The notes under the pieces: model-generated
Seen by the model: only the letters and a program-made list of their open reading frames with translations
Database searches by the model: none
What the model was told of the DNA's origin: nothing
In this document: one piece after another, positions 9,896 to 20,214 of the stretch
Layout of the letters: each line of letters opens with the position of its first letter
Position numbering within the stretch: the first letter of the stretch is position 1
Assembly (NCBI GenBank): GCA_963823665.1
Contig: CAWGMQ010000010.1
Coordinates: 1,472,001 to 1,536,000, forward strand
Origin: an uncultured Planctomycetota bacterium
GTDB taxonomy: Bacteria > Planctomycetota > Planctomycetia > Isosphaerales > Isosphaeraceae
Reading direction: 5' to 3'
DNA: 64,000 nucleotides
Translations under genes and position numbers: made by a program

Positions 9896-11789
9896 AGAAA
9901 GGAACCGGGCGCCCAATGAGCCGGATTCTCCGCGAGATACCCCCAGGCCATCTGCAACGCGACGGGCCCGCTCTGGAGATCGAGCCGAACGAACCAAGCA
10001 GGACGACTCGTTGGCCCTGCGTGCGGCTCAGCCCCATGGAGCCAACGGCCGGGTGCACGGGCACCTCAGGGGTTTCGAGCGGCGGCGGCGATCCCAGCGC
10101 GACCCAGAGCGAGAACTGGGCCTGGTCGTAATGCACCAGTGCGCGGATGAGATTGACGCGCGCCTGGGCGAGGAGCGTCAGGCTGTTGAGCACTTCGATC
10201 GGGCGCCCCAGGCCTTGCCGGCTGCGCTCGAAGTCTTCCTTGAATCCGAGCTCGGCTGATGCGAGCTCTTGCCGGGCAACGCCGATCTGGTTCCGCGCGG
10301 CCTGTGCGTCGGCGAGCGAAGCGGCGACCTGGCCGCGGGCGAGGTTGATGGTCCGCGCTTGCTCCGCGGTCATTTCGCCGACGCGAGCGCGGCGCCCTCT
10401 GATCAGCGAGAGGTTGCCTGCGCCCATGTTGAGGAAGGTCCAGTAGAGGCGACAGTCGAAGTCGGTTCGGCCGGCGAAGTTGCCGACGAGCGGAGGAACC
10501 AGATTGCTGCCGCCGCCAAAGGCACCGCCGCTGAACCCCAGCCAGAGCGTGGGCAAGAGCGGCCGGCCGACTTCCTGTTTGAAGTGGGCCTCGGCCTCGG
10601 CGATGGCGGCCGTTCTGGCGGCGATGTCGGGCCGCTGGCGGAGCGCGATTTGCAGCAGCTCGCGTTGCGGAGTTGCGAGATCGACGAGGTCGAGTGGAAT
10701 GAGCGGGCCGCCGGCGGCCTCGAGCCGTGCGGAGGGATCGAGGTTCAAGCGCTTGGCCAATCGGGCGGCCGCGACCGCCAGCTCTTCCTCGGCCTTGAGC
10801 ACGTCGGCCCGTCGCCGTTTCCACTCGGAAAATGCCCGGTTGGCGTCGGAATCGCGACCCTGCCCCACTTCGGCGAAATGCCTGGTGATGTCGACGACGT
10901 CGTGCACCTGCCGTTCCGAGAGGCGCTGGGCCTCGAGGATCGATTGGTTGCCCAGCAGCTCGATGTACAGATTCGCGACCTCGAGCAGGATTTCGTTGGC
11001 TGTCGCCTGTGCATGGAATCTCGAGCCGATCACGCGCTGGGTTGCGGCGAGCGGCTCGTACCAGGCGTCGGTGAGCGGGGTCATGATGTTCACACCGGGC
11101 AGCACCGGCGTTCCGGAGCCGACGACGCCCGCACCAGCGCCCAGATAGAGGGATTGTTCCGAGAGCGAGATGATCTTGCCTGAGACTCGCTGGAGCACGC
11201 CCTCATGCCCATGGTAGCTCACGCCTGAGTTGAGCGAAGGAACGAGCAGCACCCGCGCGGCGAGCTGATTGGCCAGTGCTTCCAGGATGAGGGCCCGTGC
11301 CGCGCCGATCGTGGGATTGGCGGCGTCTGCCAGCCGCAGGGCTGTCGCCAGGTCGATCGGATGCTCCGCAAACGGCAGCGGGATGGAGAACGGAGCGGGC
11401 ACGGTCGACCGATCATCCGTGGCGACGAACACTTGACGCGGTCCCGGCGCTTCGCCTGGAATCGGTGGCACGACAGGCGCAGCATCCTGTTCGGCGCGGG
11501 CGGCCGCGGCTGCTGGCGGGTTCTCAACCGGTGCAGGGGAGCCGGGAGCCTGCTGCCCACGTGCTGCGCTCGTGAATCCGACAGGCTCGACTCCGGGGTC
11601 GAGAGCGCTTCTGGCCATCACACCGCGGCGCGAGGTTCTCGGGTCTGCCGTTTGCCGCTTTGTCGCGCGCGAGTTTGTCGCACAACCGGAGGCCATGGTG
11701 CCACAGATCACAACGAGCAAGAACAACTGCAAGGCGCAGCGATGTCCGCGACTTCCGGCTGTGACGGATTTAGCAGAGCTCATGCACAT
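9606..11789 (-). CDS. TolC family outer membrane protein; recognisable similarity ends at about 10080 and the real stop is probably upstream of 9900
   Basis: Lipobox-like ASGC, IDLATALRLADAANP, ALRQRPDI, EVLNSL...YDQAQFSLWVALG. The final ~100 codons overlap the kinase on the opposite strand and look spurious. Confidence 0.8.
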   Translation of the reverse strand: MCMSSAKSVTAGSRGHRCALQLFLLVVICGTMASGCATNSRATKRQTADPRTSRRGVMARSALDPGVEPVGFTSAARGQQAPGSPAPVENPPAAAAARAEQDAAPVVPPIPGEAPGPRQVFVATDDRSTVPAPFSIPLPFAEHPIDLATALRLADAANPTIGAARALILEALANQLAARVLLVPSLNSGVSYHGHEGVLQRVSGKIISLSEQSLYLGAGAGVVGSGTPVLPGVNIMTPLTDAWYEPLAATQRVIGSRFHAQATANEILLEVANLYIELLGNQSILEAQRLSERQVHDVVDITRHFAEVGQGRDSDANRAFSEWKRRRADVLKAEEELAVAAARLAKRLNLDPSARLEAAGGPLIPLDLVDLATPQRELLQIALRQRPDIAARTAAIAEAEAHFKQEVGRPLLPTLWLGFSGGAFGGGSNLVPPLVGNFAGRTDFDCRLYWTFLNMGAGNLSLIRGRRARVGEMTAEQARTINLARGQVAASLADAQAARNQIGVARQELASAELGFKEDFERSRQGLGRPIEVLNSLTLLAQARVNLIRALVHYDQAQFSLWVALGSPPPLETPEVPVHPAVGSMGLSRTQGQRVVLLGSFGSISRAGPSRCRWPGGISRRIRLIGRPVPFFRALPSHIAQPPLRRATTLKHDPGSIRRRRRTRRGLAPGSVHPGTDQPVPWPGTATRRARGPGGCSRGRATGARRGRGRARSLPRSRRPCRTVGAR

Positions 11790-13512
11790 GTCCTATTCTG
11801 TGCAACAGGCAGCGTGAGCTCACCGTACTGCGGCGGCGAATGTTGACCCGTCGCGCGGGGGCGGAATCGGCCGTCGCGTCTGGGGTCGATCTGTGGCTGC
11901 AGTCGGGGCGCCGAGGCGCTTCCGGCATGGCACGGGGCGGAATGTTCCGGGGAGAGACTCCCTCGACCGGGACGGGATGGGCCAGCGAGTTGGCTGGAGG
12001 CTGGCCGAGTGCCACGTACATGCCGAACTGGGCGCGGTTGTAGTCGACGATGGCGTCGACGTATTCGACGCGGGCACTGGCGAGCAGGTCGAAGCTATTC
12101 AAGAGCTCGATCGGCAGGACGTCGCGCGGCCGGTCTGCGGCCAATCCACGAGTCCGTTCCAGGTCCTGGTGGAAGGCGAGGTAGCCGGAGCGGACGGCTT
12201 CCTCGTAGATGCCGATCTGTGCGTAGCGAGCGTGTGCACGCGCATAGGCTTCGGCGACGTCGGCCCGCACGCGGTTCAGGATCTCAACCTGCTGGAACTG
12301 GGCGACTCTGAGCTGGGCATTTGCCGCGCGAATCAAGGCGATGTTGCCGACGCCGAGGTTTTGCACGGTCCAGTACATGATCGCGTCCAGGTCGGTGCGG
12401 CCTCCCAATCCGCTGAAGATTGGGCGGACCAGGTTGCTGCCGCCGCCGAAGGCACCGCCGCTGAAGCCGACGATCGTGGTGGGCGAGAACGGCAGGACCT
12501 TGGCACCATCGAGGTTCAAGAAGGCCGCCGCGATGGCGGCTCGCTGAGCGGCCAGCTCGGGCCGATTGAGCATGGCAATGGCGATCAGCTCGGCTACCGG
12601 GATGGGATCGGGTACGAGCGGTTGCGGGACGACGACCGCGTCGGTGGGATGAAGGCGGATGGAGGGGTCGAGATTGAGCAGGCGGCACAGATTGGCCGAA
12701 GAGACCAGGATCTCGGCCTCGGCGGCCTGGACGTCGGCCTCGCGCCTGGCGAGCTGAGTGGCGGCTCGGTTGGCGTCGGCGGCGCGCCCTAGCCCTGTCT
12801 TGCTGAAGTCGGCGGTGAGCTGCGCGATGATTTTCGCCTCATCCCGAGCCTGCATCTGGGTGGCGCGTCTGCCCTCGGCGCGAAGGAGCTCGCTGTAGGC
12901 CTCGGTGACCCGGAGGAACATCTGGTTGCGCACGGCGATGGATTCGAACTCGCGCTGCCGCACAACTTGTCTGCTCGCCAGGAAAGTGAAGAGCCCGGCT
13001 CCGAGGTTGATGTTCTCGTACACTCCGGGAATATTCACGGTGCCCGACCCCACCGCGTTGGAGCCAGCACCCACGTAAAACGCCGAGCGGTTCAGGGAAA
13101 GTATGTTCCCGTCCGACTGCTGGAGGTTGCCGGTGTGCGAGTCGTAATTGAGACCGGGGTTGATCGACGGCAAGAAATACGCCGCCGCGAGCTGGCGCAT
13201 GGCGGCGGCCTCGAGAACGCGGGTGCGCGCGACGTTGAATTGGGGATTCTGCACATTGGCCAACTGGAGGGCGGTGCTGAGGTTGATTGTCTGGGCCTCG
13301 ACCGCAAGAATCGTGGGCGGCGTCACCGGCGGCGGGGCGACCGCATTGGCAGGCGTGCGTGCGTTTGCGGCGTCCTGCAGCGCCTCCGCGGTTGGCTGCA
13401 GTGGGGGGTTCGGCCGCGCCGGTTGCTGCGCCACCGCGGCTGGCTGGGCGAGCCACAAGCACGAGGCGACAATCCAGGTCGCGTTTTGCAAGAATTGCCT
13501 GATCCGATTCAC
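11770..13512 (-). CDS. TolC family outer membrane protein (paralog of the adjacent gene)
   Basis: INLSTALQLANVQNP, AMLNRPEL, GFSGGAFGGGSNL (shared with the neighbour), YNRAQFGMYVALG. GTG start at 13512 with GGAGG RBS. Confidence 0.85.
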   Translation of the reverse strand: MNRIRQFLQNATWIVASCLWLAQPAAVAQQPARPNPPLQPTAEALQDAANARTPANAVAPPPVTPPTILAVEAQTINLSTALQLANVQNPQFNVARTRVLEAAAMRQLAAAYFLPSINPGLNYDSHTGNLQQSDGNILSLNRSAFYVGAGSNAVGSGTVNIPGVYENINLGAGLFTFLASRQVVRQREFESIAVRNQMFLRVTEAYSELLRAEGRRATQMQARDEAKIIAQLTADFSKTGLGRAADANRAATQLARREADVQAAEAEILVSSANLCRLLNLDPSIRLHPTDAVVVPQPLVPDPIPVAELIAIAMLNRPELAAQRAAIAAAFLNLDGAKVLPFSPTTIVGFSGGAFGGGSNLVRPIFSGLGGRTDLDAIMYWTVQNLGVGNIALIRAANAQLRVAQFQQVEILNRVRADVAEAYARAHARYAQIGIYEEAVRSGYLAFHQDLERTRGLAADRPRDVLPIELLNSFDLLASARVEYVDAIVDYNRAQFGMYVALGQPPANSLAHPVPVEGVSPRNIPPRAMPEAPRRPDCSHRSTPDATADSAPARRVNIRRRSTVSSRCLLHRIGHVHELC

Positions 13513-14232
13513 CGCGGCCTCCTGGGTTCGGCACCTCGGTACCGAGAGCGCGCAATTTGCCGGTTCCATCGGTCTTCATCGTCATTGGGATCGTACGGAC
13601 TTAACGGTATGTTTCGATGTTGCGGGGTGGGATGGCCGCCGAGATTCGTGTGGGAGGCACGCAAAATTGGCGGAACCGATTGATGTGTCGTCAGGTGTAA
13701 GTCCTGATGTAGGCGATTGATTCGTCAATTGGGCTCGAGTTCGAGAAACGGTATCTTTGGACGTAACTTCAAATCCACCAGGCAGTTGACGGCAGGACGG
13801 GCAGGACGGCGGTTTTTGGAGCGGCGCAGCGGTTTCGCACGGGTGGCTGATTCAGCATCATGGGGATTCGATACCCCGGCTAGGGGGAATTCGCGAGATC
13901 GAGTCCTGGAAGCCTCTCCAGGCTGAGATTGTACAGTCACGTCGGCTTCCAGACGGACTCCTCTGTTGGTGTGAGACGTGGGAGAGTGAGCGGCGCGGGA
14001 CCAAGCGAGGCGGAAGAAGATGATGAATGAGATCGAGCGAGTTGCGGGTGTGGCCTCGGTTGTCGAAGCCGGCCCGTCATCCGGCTCTGCGCGGACGTCT
14101 CACCAACGGGGAAGCGGGAGACATGCTGGCCCGGGGCGAAGCGTTACGGAGTTGACACGGTGAACGGCTGCGTTACCATAAAGTGAAGGGATTTCTTGAC
14201 TTTCGGTGGCCGGTGCCAGCATTTATCGAATC

Positions 14233-14562
14233 ATGGCTTCCCGATTGCTGCGAACATGGTTCCTGGTCTTGCTCGGGTTATCCCTGGGCTCGCCTCCATT
14301 GCGCACCCTTCAGCGGGCGGCTGAACGGACTGCCTTCGCCGGAAGCTCAGCGGTTTTCCAACGCAAGCCGACGCGGGCGCGAACGGTCAACCCTCGAATC
14401 GCGACACCGCCCTCGTGGCGAACGAAGTCGGTCGACGTCGCATCGGCCTGCGCTCTGCCCATAACCGGATCTGACGGTGGCTCGCGGCCGGCAGGCTTGG
14501 CGGCTCACCCGGCCCACGCTCAGGCTTACAGCGACCCAGTCTGTCATCCTCTGCGCTGTTAA
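14233..14562 (+). CDS. Small hypothetical protein with a hydrophobic N-terminus and C-terminal CHPLRC
   Basis: ORF MASRLLRTWFLVLLGLSLGSPP...PVCHPLRC, co-directional with and upstream of the RND permease. Confidence 0.5.
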   Translation: MASRLLRTWFLVLLGLSLGSPPLRTLQRAAERTAFAGSSAVFQRKPTRARTVNPRIATPPSWRTKSVDVASACALPITGSDGGSRPAGLAAHPAHAQAYSDPVCHPLRC

Positions 14563-14792
14563 CGAACGCGGCTCGCTGGCAATACTGAGTGGACGGTGCG
14601 CGACCGGATGCGTGCTGCGGTCCCGGCAAAACCTGGCCCATCCGCCCTCCACGTGTCGCTCCGGGACGTGCGCGCCGCAGGAGAGCGCTCTAACGCTCTC
14701 CCGCCCTGTGATGTTCCTCCGTGCCTGATATCGCCGCGCCTCGCCGGCAAGAGAGCCTCCGCCCCAAGATTCCCAGTACGAGGAAATCGCAC

Positions 14793-17700
14793 ATGAATGG
14801 CTTGATTCGTGCATCGCTCGGCAATCCGTACGCCGTCACGGTCATGTCGCTGACCTTGATCATCCTGGGCGCGCTTTCCCTGACGATGATTCCGATCGAC
14901 ATCCTGCCGGTGTTCAAGAGCCCTGCCGTGCAGACGTTGACGTTCTACGGCGGCATGTCGGCGGAGAGCATCGCCAACGACATCAGCAATCGCATGGAGC
15001 GCTGGACGGGCCAGGCCAATGGGACGTTGCGGCAGGAGTCGCGATCGATCATCGGGGCCAGCATCGTGCGCAACTATTTCCAGGGCGACGTCGATCCCAA
15101 CGGGGCGCTGACTCAAGTCAACTCGCTGGCACTGGGCGTGATTCCCAACCTGCCGCCGGGCACACTGCCGCCGGTCGTGCTCCCGTTCGACCCGACCGCG
15201 ATGACGCCGGTGTGCATCGTGGCGGTTGACAGCAGCAACCCCGAGAACAACGAGTCGGTGCTCTATGACGTGGGTCGCTATGAAGTTCGTAATATGATCA
15301 TGGGAATACCGGGTGCGGTGGCGCCGGTGGTTTACGGCGGCAAGATCCGGGCGGTGATGGCCTATCTGGATCGCGAGCAGATCCAGGCGCGCGGGCTGTC
15401 GCCCCTGGACATCATGAACAAGCTCGATGCAGCCAACGTGTTCCTGCCCAGCGGCGATGCAAAGATCGGCGACCTCGACTACGTGCTCGACTCCAATTCG
15501 ATGTATCAAGAAATCAGAGACATGGGAGATATTCCGCTCCGCTACGAGAACGGCCGGGCGCTTTATCTCCGCGACGTCGCGACTCCCAAGGATGCCAACT
15601 ATATTCAGACGAACGTGGTGCGGGTCGACGGCAAGCGCGAGGTTTACATTCCGGTCTACCGCCAGCTTGGCGCCAGCACGCTCAAGGTGGTTTCGACATT
15701 GAAGGATTCGCTGCACAGGTTCGAGGAAAAAGTGAGCAAGTCCGGTATCAGCCTGAAGCCGGTCATGGACCAGTCGGTTTACGTCCGGAAGTCGATCGAG
15801 GCCCTGGTGCAGGAAGGGGTGCTGGGAGCGATTCTCTGCTCGTTGGTCATCCTGCTGTTCCTGGGCGAATTGCGGATGACGGCGATTGCGATCATGACGC
15901 TGCCGATCTCGGTCATGGCGTGTTGCGCCTGTCTGTATTTCACAGGCCAGACGATCAACGTGATGACTCTGGCCGGGATGACGCTGGCGATCGGGCCGAT
16001 GATCGACAGCGCCATCATCTGCCTGGAGAATACACATCGGCACCTGGGAATGGGTGCGACCACGCACGAGGCTGCCTTCCTGGGGGCGAGCGAGGTCGCG
16101 ATGCCCGAGCTGGTCTCGACGCTTTGCACGTTCCTGGTGCTTTCACCGCTGGTGTTCACGCCCGGGCTGGGCCAGTTCCTGTTCAAGCCGATGGCGATGG
16201 CCGTTGCGTTCTCGATGATTGCCGCGTACATCCTGTCGCGGACGCTCGTGCCGGCCTGCAGCGCTTTCTGGCTCAAGGCGCACGGGCCGGGACACGGGCA
16301 CGGCACCGGCGGGCACGGCGCGGAGGCACAAGGCGCGCATGCCGCGGACGGGCATGCGACCCCACCGGCTGAGTCGCAAACCTTTCAAATCAACGGCCAC
16401 GGGAACGGCCACGGTGAGGAGGGCCACTCGCCGGGCAAGAAGTGGTGGATTCAGCGAGCGTTTGCGCGGTGGGAGCAGATGATCGAGAGCGGCATCGGCT
16501 ATTACGTGAAGGGGCTCGACGGTGTCCTCAAACATCCGTTCCTGACGATCGGAGTGGCGTTCGGCCTGCTGGCGACAACGCTCGCGGTGATGTGGCCGAT
16601 CATGCGCCGCGATTTCTTCCCCGAGGTCGACGCGGGGGCGTTCGAGATGTACGTCCGCGCCGAGAGCGGCACGCGCATCGAGAAGACCGAACAGCGAATC
16701 AAGGCCGTCGAGGATTTTGTGCGCAAGACCATCGAGAAGGAAGACCTCAAGCTGATTCTCTCCGAGATCGGCGTGACCTCGGACTGGTCGGCCGCATACA
16801 CGCTCAACGCCGGGCCGATGGATGCAGTCGTGAAGATCCAGCTCTCGGATGAGCGGTCGAAATCAGCCCAGGAGTATGTGCATATCCTGCGCACGGTTTT
16901 CGCGCGCGACTCCCGTTTCAGCGACCTCGAATTTGCGTTTGACGCCGGCGGCATGGTTCGCTCGGCCATGAATGAAGGCCGGTCGACGCCGATCTCGATC
17001 CGCGTGACCGGAAAGGACCCGAAGGTCACCGACAAGATCGCCCAGGCGATCAAGGTTGAAGTCAAGAAGATCGACGGCGTCGTCGACGCGCGGGTGATCC
17101 AGCGGCAGAACTATCCGGAGTACCTGATCAACGTCGACCGCGCCAAGGCGGCGGAGCTCGGGCTCTCTCAAGAGCGGATCATGAAATCGGTCGTGGCGGC
17201 GTTCAACTCGAGCATCCAGTTCAACAAGCACAACTTCTGGATCGACCCCAAGAACAAGAACCAGTATTTCGCGGGGGTGCAGTACTACGAAGAAGACATC
17301 AAGAATATCGATACGCTGCTCGACATCCCGATCACGACCGAGCGGCCGGACAAGCCGGTGGAAACGGTCAACCTGCGTACGCTTGTTTCACTCGAGAGGA
17401 CGAGCGTGGCGACGGAGGTGACCCACTACAACATCCAGCCGACGATCGAAGTGACCCTCGGCGTGTACGGCCGCGACCTGGGTCACGTCTCGGACGATGT
17501 ATCCAAAGTGCTGGGCAAGTTTGGAATTCTGGAATCGCCCGGGAAGTGGGAGCCGTATGATCCGAACAACACCAAGGAAAAGGTGCGGGTGCCCGGCTCG
17601 ACGATTCAGTTGAGCGGCGAGTACCTGCGGATGAAGGAGACGTTCAACAGCCTCTTTGGAGGGCTGGGGCTGGCCGCGCTCTTGATTTACTTTTTGATGG

Positions 17701-18152
17701 TTGGGCTCGACAAGTCTTTTGTGGTTCCCCTCTCGGTGATCTCGATCGTGCCGCTGTGCCTGGTGGGCATTTTGCCGGCACTCTATATCACCGGCTCAGC
17801 GGTCAACGTGCAGTCGCTGCTGGGCTTCATTTTCATTGTGGGCATCAAGGTGGCGAACTCGGTGCTCATGACGGATTGTGCCCAGGAGCTGCGGCGTCAC
17901 GAGGGTCTGACGCCGTTCGAGGCCATCCGCAAGGCGGCGGCCCTGCGAGTGCGACCGATCACGATGACGGCACTGGCTGCGTTCTTTGCGCTCATTCCCG
18001 GCGCGATGGCGATCGAGCGCGGCAGTGAGGCGAATGCTCCGCTGGCCCGCGCGATTCTGGGGGGGCTTCTGGCCGGCGAGCCGGCGACCTTGTTCGTGCT
18101 GCCGGTGATCTACACGCTGCTGGTCAGGGATTCGCCCAAGCAACGCGCCTGA
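14793..18152 (+). CDS. RND efflux transporter permease subunit (AcrB/CusA superfamily)
   Basis: IPIDILPVFKSP, INVMTLAGMTLAIGPMIDSAIICLEN, GQFLFKPMAMAV, DFFPEVDAG, RVRPITMT, APLARAILGGL; GAGG RBS before ATG 14793. Confidence 0.95.
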   Translation: MNGLIRASLGNPYAVTVMSLTLIILGALSLTMIPIDILPVFKSPAVQTLTFYGGMSAESIANDISNRMERWTGQANGTLRQESRSIIGASIVRNYFQGDVDPNGALTQVNSLALGVIPNLPPGTLPPVVLPFDPTAMTPVCIVAVDSSNPENNESVLYDVGRYEVRNMIMGIPGAVAPVVYGGKIRAVMAYLDREQIQARGLSPLDIMNKLDAANVFLPSGDAKIGDLDYVLDSNSMYQEIRDMGDIPLRYENGRALYLRDVATPKDANYIQTNVVRVDGKREVYIPVYRQLGASTLKVVSTLKDSLHRFEEKVSKSGISLKPVMDQSVYVRKSIEALVQEGVLGAILCSLVILLFLGELRMTAIAIMTLPISVMACCACLYFTGQTINVMTLAGMTLAIGPMIDSAIICLENTHRHLGMGATTHEAAFLGASEVAMPELVSTLCTFLVLSPLVFTPGLGQFLFKPMAMAVAFSMIAAYILSRTLVPACSAFWLKAHGPGHGHGTGGHGAEAQGAHAADGHATPPAESQTFQINGHGNGHGEEGHSPGKKWWIQRAFARWEQMIESGIGYYVKGLDGVLKHPFLTIGVAFGLLATTLAVMWPIMRRDFFPEVDAGAFEMYVRAESGTRIEKTEQRIKAVEDFVRKTIEKEDLKLILSEIGVTSDWSAAYTLNAGPMDAVVKIQLSDERSKSAQEYVHILRTVFARDSRFSDLEFAFDAGGMVRSAMNEGRSTPISIRVTGKDPKVTDKIAQAIKVEVKKIDGVVDARVIQRQNYPEYLINVDRAKAAELGLSQERIMKSVVAAFNSSIQFNKHNFWIDPKNKNQYFAGVQYYEEDIKNIDTLLDIPITTERPDKPVETVNLRTLVSLERTSVATEVTHYNIQPTIEVTLGVYGRDLGHVSDDVSKVLGKFGILESPGKWEPYDPNNTKEKVRVPGSTIQLSGEYLRMKETFNSLFGGLGLAALLIYFLMVGLDKSFVVPLSVISIVPLCLVGILPALYITGSAVNVQSLLGFIFIVGIKVANSVLMTDCAQELRRHEGLTPFEAIRKAAALRVRPITMTALAAFFALIPGAMAIERGSEANAPLARAILGGLLAGEPATLFVLPVIYTLLVRDSPKQRA

Positions 18153-18334
18153 CTAGCCGCGCGGCAGCAGGCGGCGGATGCGGCCGCGGCCGACCCGACG
18201 CCCGGCAACGGGTGGAACGAACTCGAAGAAGGCAACGGCGCCGAGCCGACGCACTGAGCGGAGTGCAACGTTCCCAGGGAAGGAGGCGAGAGGTAATATG
18301 GTGGCCATCTTCGATCTTTGAGGGGAATGGATTC

Positions 18335-20212
18335 ATGACCTCGCGGCTTTCTTTGCATGCTCGCCCAGTGCACTCGGAAATCGATCCGGATCGTGAAGCG
18401 GAGAGCGCGGCGGATGATGGCTGGTCCACGCCCGGCGGCATTCCTGTTTCCTTTCATGCGGAGCCGTTCCTGGCGGGGCGCTCGACCGCCGATCCGCGTG
18501 ACCTCTGGCTGCATCAGGAACATGCGCGGTTGAGCCTCTTGCGCGGGTTCGACGAACTGCTGTGCCTGGAAGGTTTGCGCGGCGTCGAGCATCTGCCGCA
18601 TCAGATCGAAACTGTCCGCAAGGTTTTGCGTCATTTTCGCGGCCGGGTGCTGCTGGCCGACGAGGTCGGTTTAGGGAAAACGATCGAGGCGTGTCTGCTG
18701 CTTCGCGAATATCTGCTGCGTGGGATGGCGCGACGGGTGCTCATTCTGGTGCCCGCGCCGCTCGTCACGCAGTGGTACGAGGAATTGAGCAGCAAATTCG
18801 ACTTGGATTTCACCGTTCCGTCAAAGGGAGTGACATCCGAACGAGCCGCGTTCTGGAAGGGGCATGACCGGGTGCTGGCGTCGCTGGCATTCGTCAAGAC
18901 GAAGACGCGCGCGGCGCTCGTGGCGGCTGAGCCCTGGGACCTGGTGATCGTCGACGAGGCACACCACTGCAAGAACCGGGCGACGCTGAACTGGCAACTC
19001 GTCAACTCACTTCAACGGCGGTTCATGTTTCTTCTCTCCGCGACGCCGGTGCAGAACAACCTGCTCGAACTCTACAACTTGCTCACGCTTCTGGCCCCCG
19101 GTCATCTGCGAACGGAAACTGATTTCAAGAAGCAGTATGTCAAGCGCGGCAACCCGCGCGACCCGCGCAACCGCGAGCGGCTGCGATCGCTGCTGGGCGA
19201 GGTCATGGTCCGTAACACACGGAGCCTTGTGCAGCTCAATCTGCCGGCGCGTTATTCCCAGACCATACAGGCCAAGCCTCTTGGTGCCGAAGCCGACTTG
19301 TATCGGAAACTGACTGAGTTCCTGCGACGACGTGGCAGCGGGCTGGTGAATGAAATCGAGCCGAGCGACGAAACGGCGGCCGACCTATTGTGGGACATCG
19401 ATTCCTCGAGCGATGCCGCCGGGATTCCGGCGCGTGTATCGCGCCGGCAGTTGAGCAGCCTGCTCGCCGCGCAAGGCAGTCACCCGGTCGCGGTGGCTGG
19501 ATCGCTCGAGCGAATCGCGCTTGTTGATTCGGAGGCGGCGGCGCTCGCGCGCCTGGCCGCGTCGATCGGTGAGTCGGCGAAGGATGCTCGCTTGCTGGAG
19601 CTGGTCGAGCAGTCGCAAGGCCACAAGCTGTTGATCTTCGTCAATTTTCGCCGCACGCTGGGCCATATCGAAGGTCTGTTGCAGTCGAAAGGGCTGGGGT
19701 TTTCGGTGTTTTCCGGCGAGCAGACGGCTCGGGAAAAAGATGATGCCGTCGCGGCATTTCGCGACCGCGTGCCGATCATGCTCTGTACCGAGTCTGGAGG
19801 CGAGGGACGCAATCTGCAATTCGCCGACACGCTGATCAACTACGATTTACCCTGGAACCCGATGAAGATTGAGCAGCGGATCGGTCGCGTGCATCGCTTC
19901 GGCCAGACACGCGAGGTGTTCGTCTTCAACCTGTGCACAGCCGACTCGCTCGAAGCCCGCATTCTGAATGTGCTGAACGAGAAGATTCGCATGTTCGAGC
20001 TGGTCGTGGGAGAGGTCGGCTCGATCCTGGGCAACCTGGAGGACGGCGATCAGTTCGAGTCGCTGGTGCTCAACCTCTGGCTCCGCTCGCGCGACGATGC
20101 CGAGCTCGAGAAGTCGTTTGTGACCCTGGGCGAGACGCTGCTTGAAGCACAGGAACAGTACGTGCAATCCAAGGAACTGGACGAAGCTCTGTTTGGCGAG
20201 GATTTTCAATAA
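18335..20212 (+). CDS. SNF2-family helicase/ATPase, YqhH-like
   Basis: LLADEVGLGKTIEA, VDEAHH, LSATPVQN, TESGGEGRNLQF, YDLPWNPMKIEQRIGRVHR. Confidence 0.9.
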   Translation: MTSRLSLHARPVHSEIDPDREAESAADDGWSTPGGIPVSFHAEPFLAGRSTADPRDLWLHQEHARLSLLRGFDELLCLEGLRGVEHLPHQIETVRKVLRHFRGRVLLADEVGLGKTIEACLLLREYLLRGMARRVLILVPAPLVTQWYEELSSKFDLDFTVPSKGVTSERAAFWKGHDRVLASLAFVKTKTRAALVAAEPWDLVIVDEAHHCKNRATLNWQLVNSLQRRFMFLLSATPVQNNLLELYNLLTLLAPGHLRTETDFKKQYVKRGNPRDPRNRERLRSLLGEVMVRNTRSLVQLNLPARYSQTIQAKPLGAEADLYRKLTEFLRRRGSGLVNEIEPSDETAADLLWDIDSSSDAAGIPARVSRRQLSSLLAAQGSHPVAVAGSLERIALVDSEAAALARLAASIGESAKDARLLELVEQSQGHKLLIFVNFRRTLGHIEGLLQSKGLGFSVFSGEQTAREKDDAVAAFRDRVPIMLCTESGGEGRNLQFADTLINYDLPWNPMKIEQRIGRVHRFGQTREVFVFNLCTADSLEARILNVLNEKIRMFELVVGEVGSILGNLEDGDQFESLVLNLWLRSRDDAELEKSFVTLGETLLEAQEQYVQSKELDEALFGEDFQ

Positions 20213-20214
20213 CC

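Noticed and set aside
13570..14230. Riboswitch or ncRNA in the divergent TolC/RND intergenic region
   Set aside because: No recognisable consensus by eye, only a short GGCAGGACG direct repeat. An Rfam scan would be needed to exclude it.
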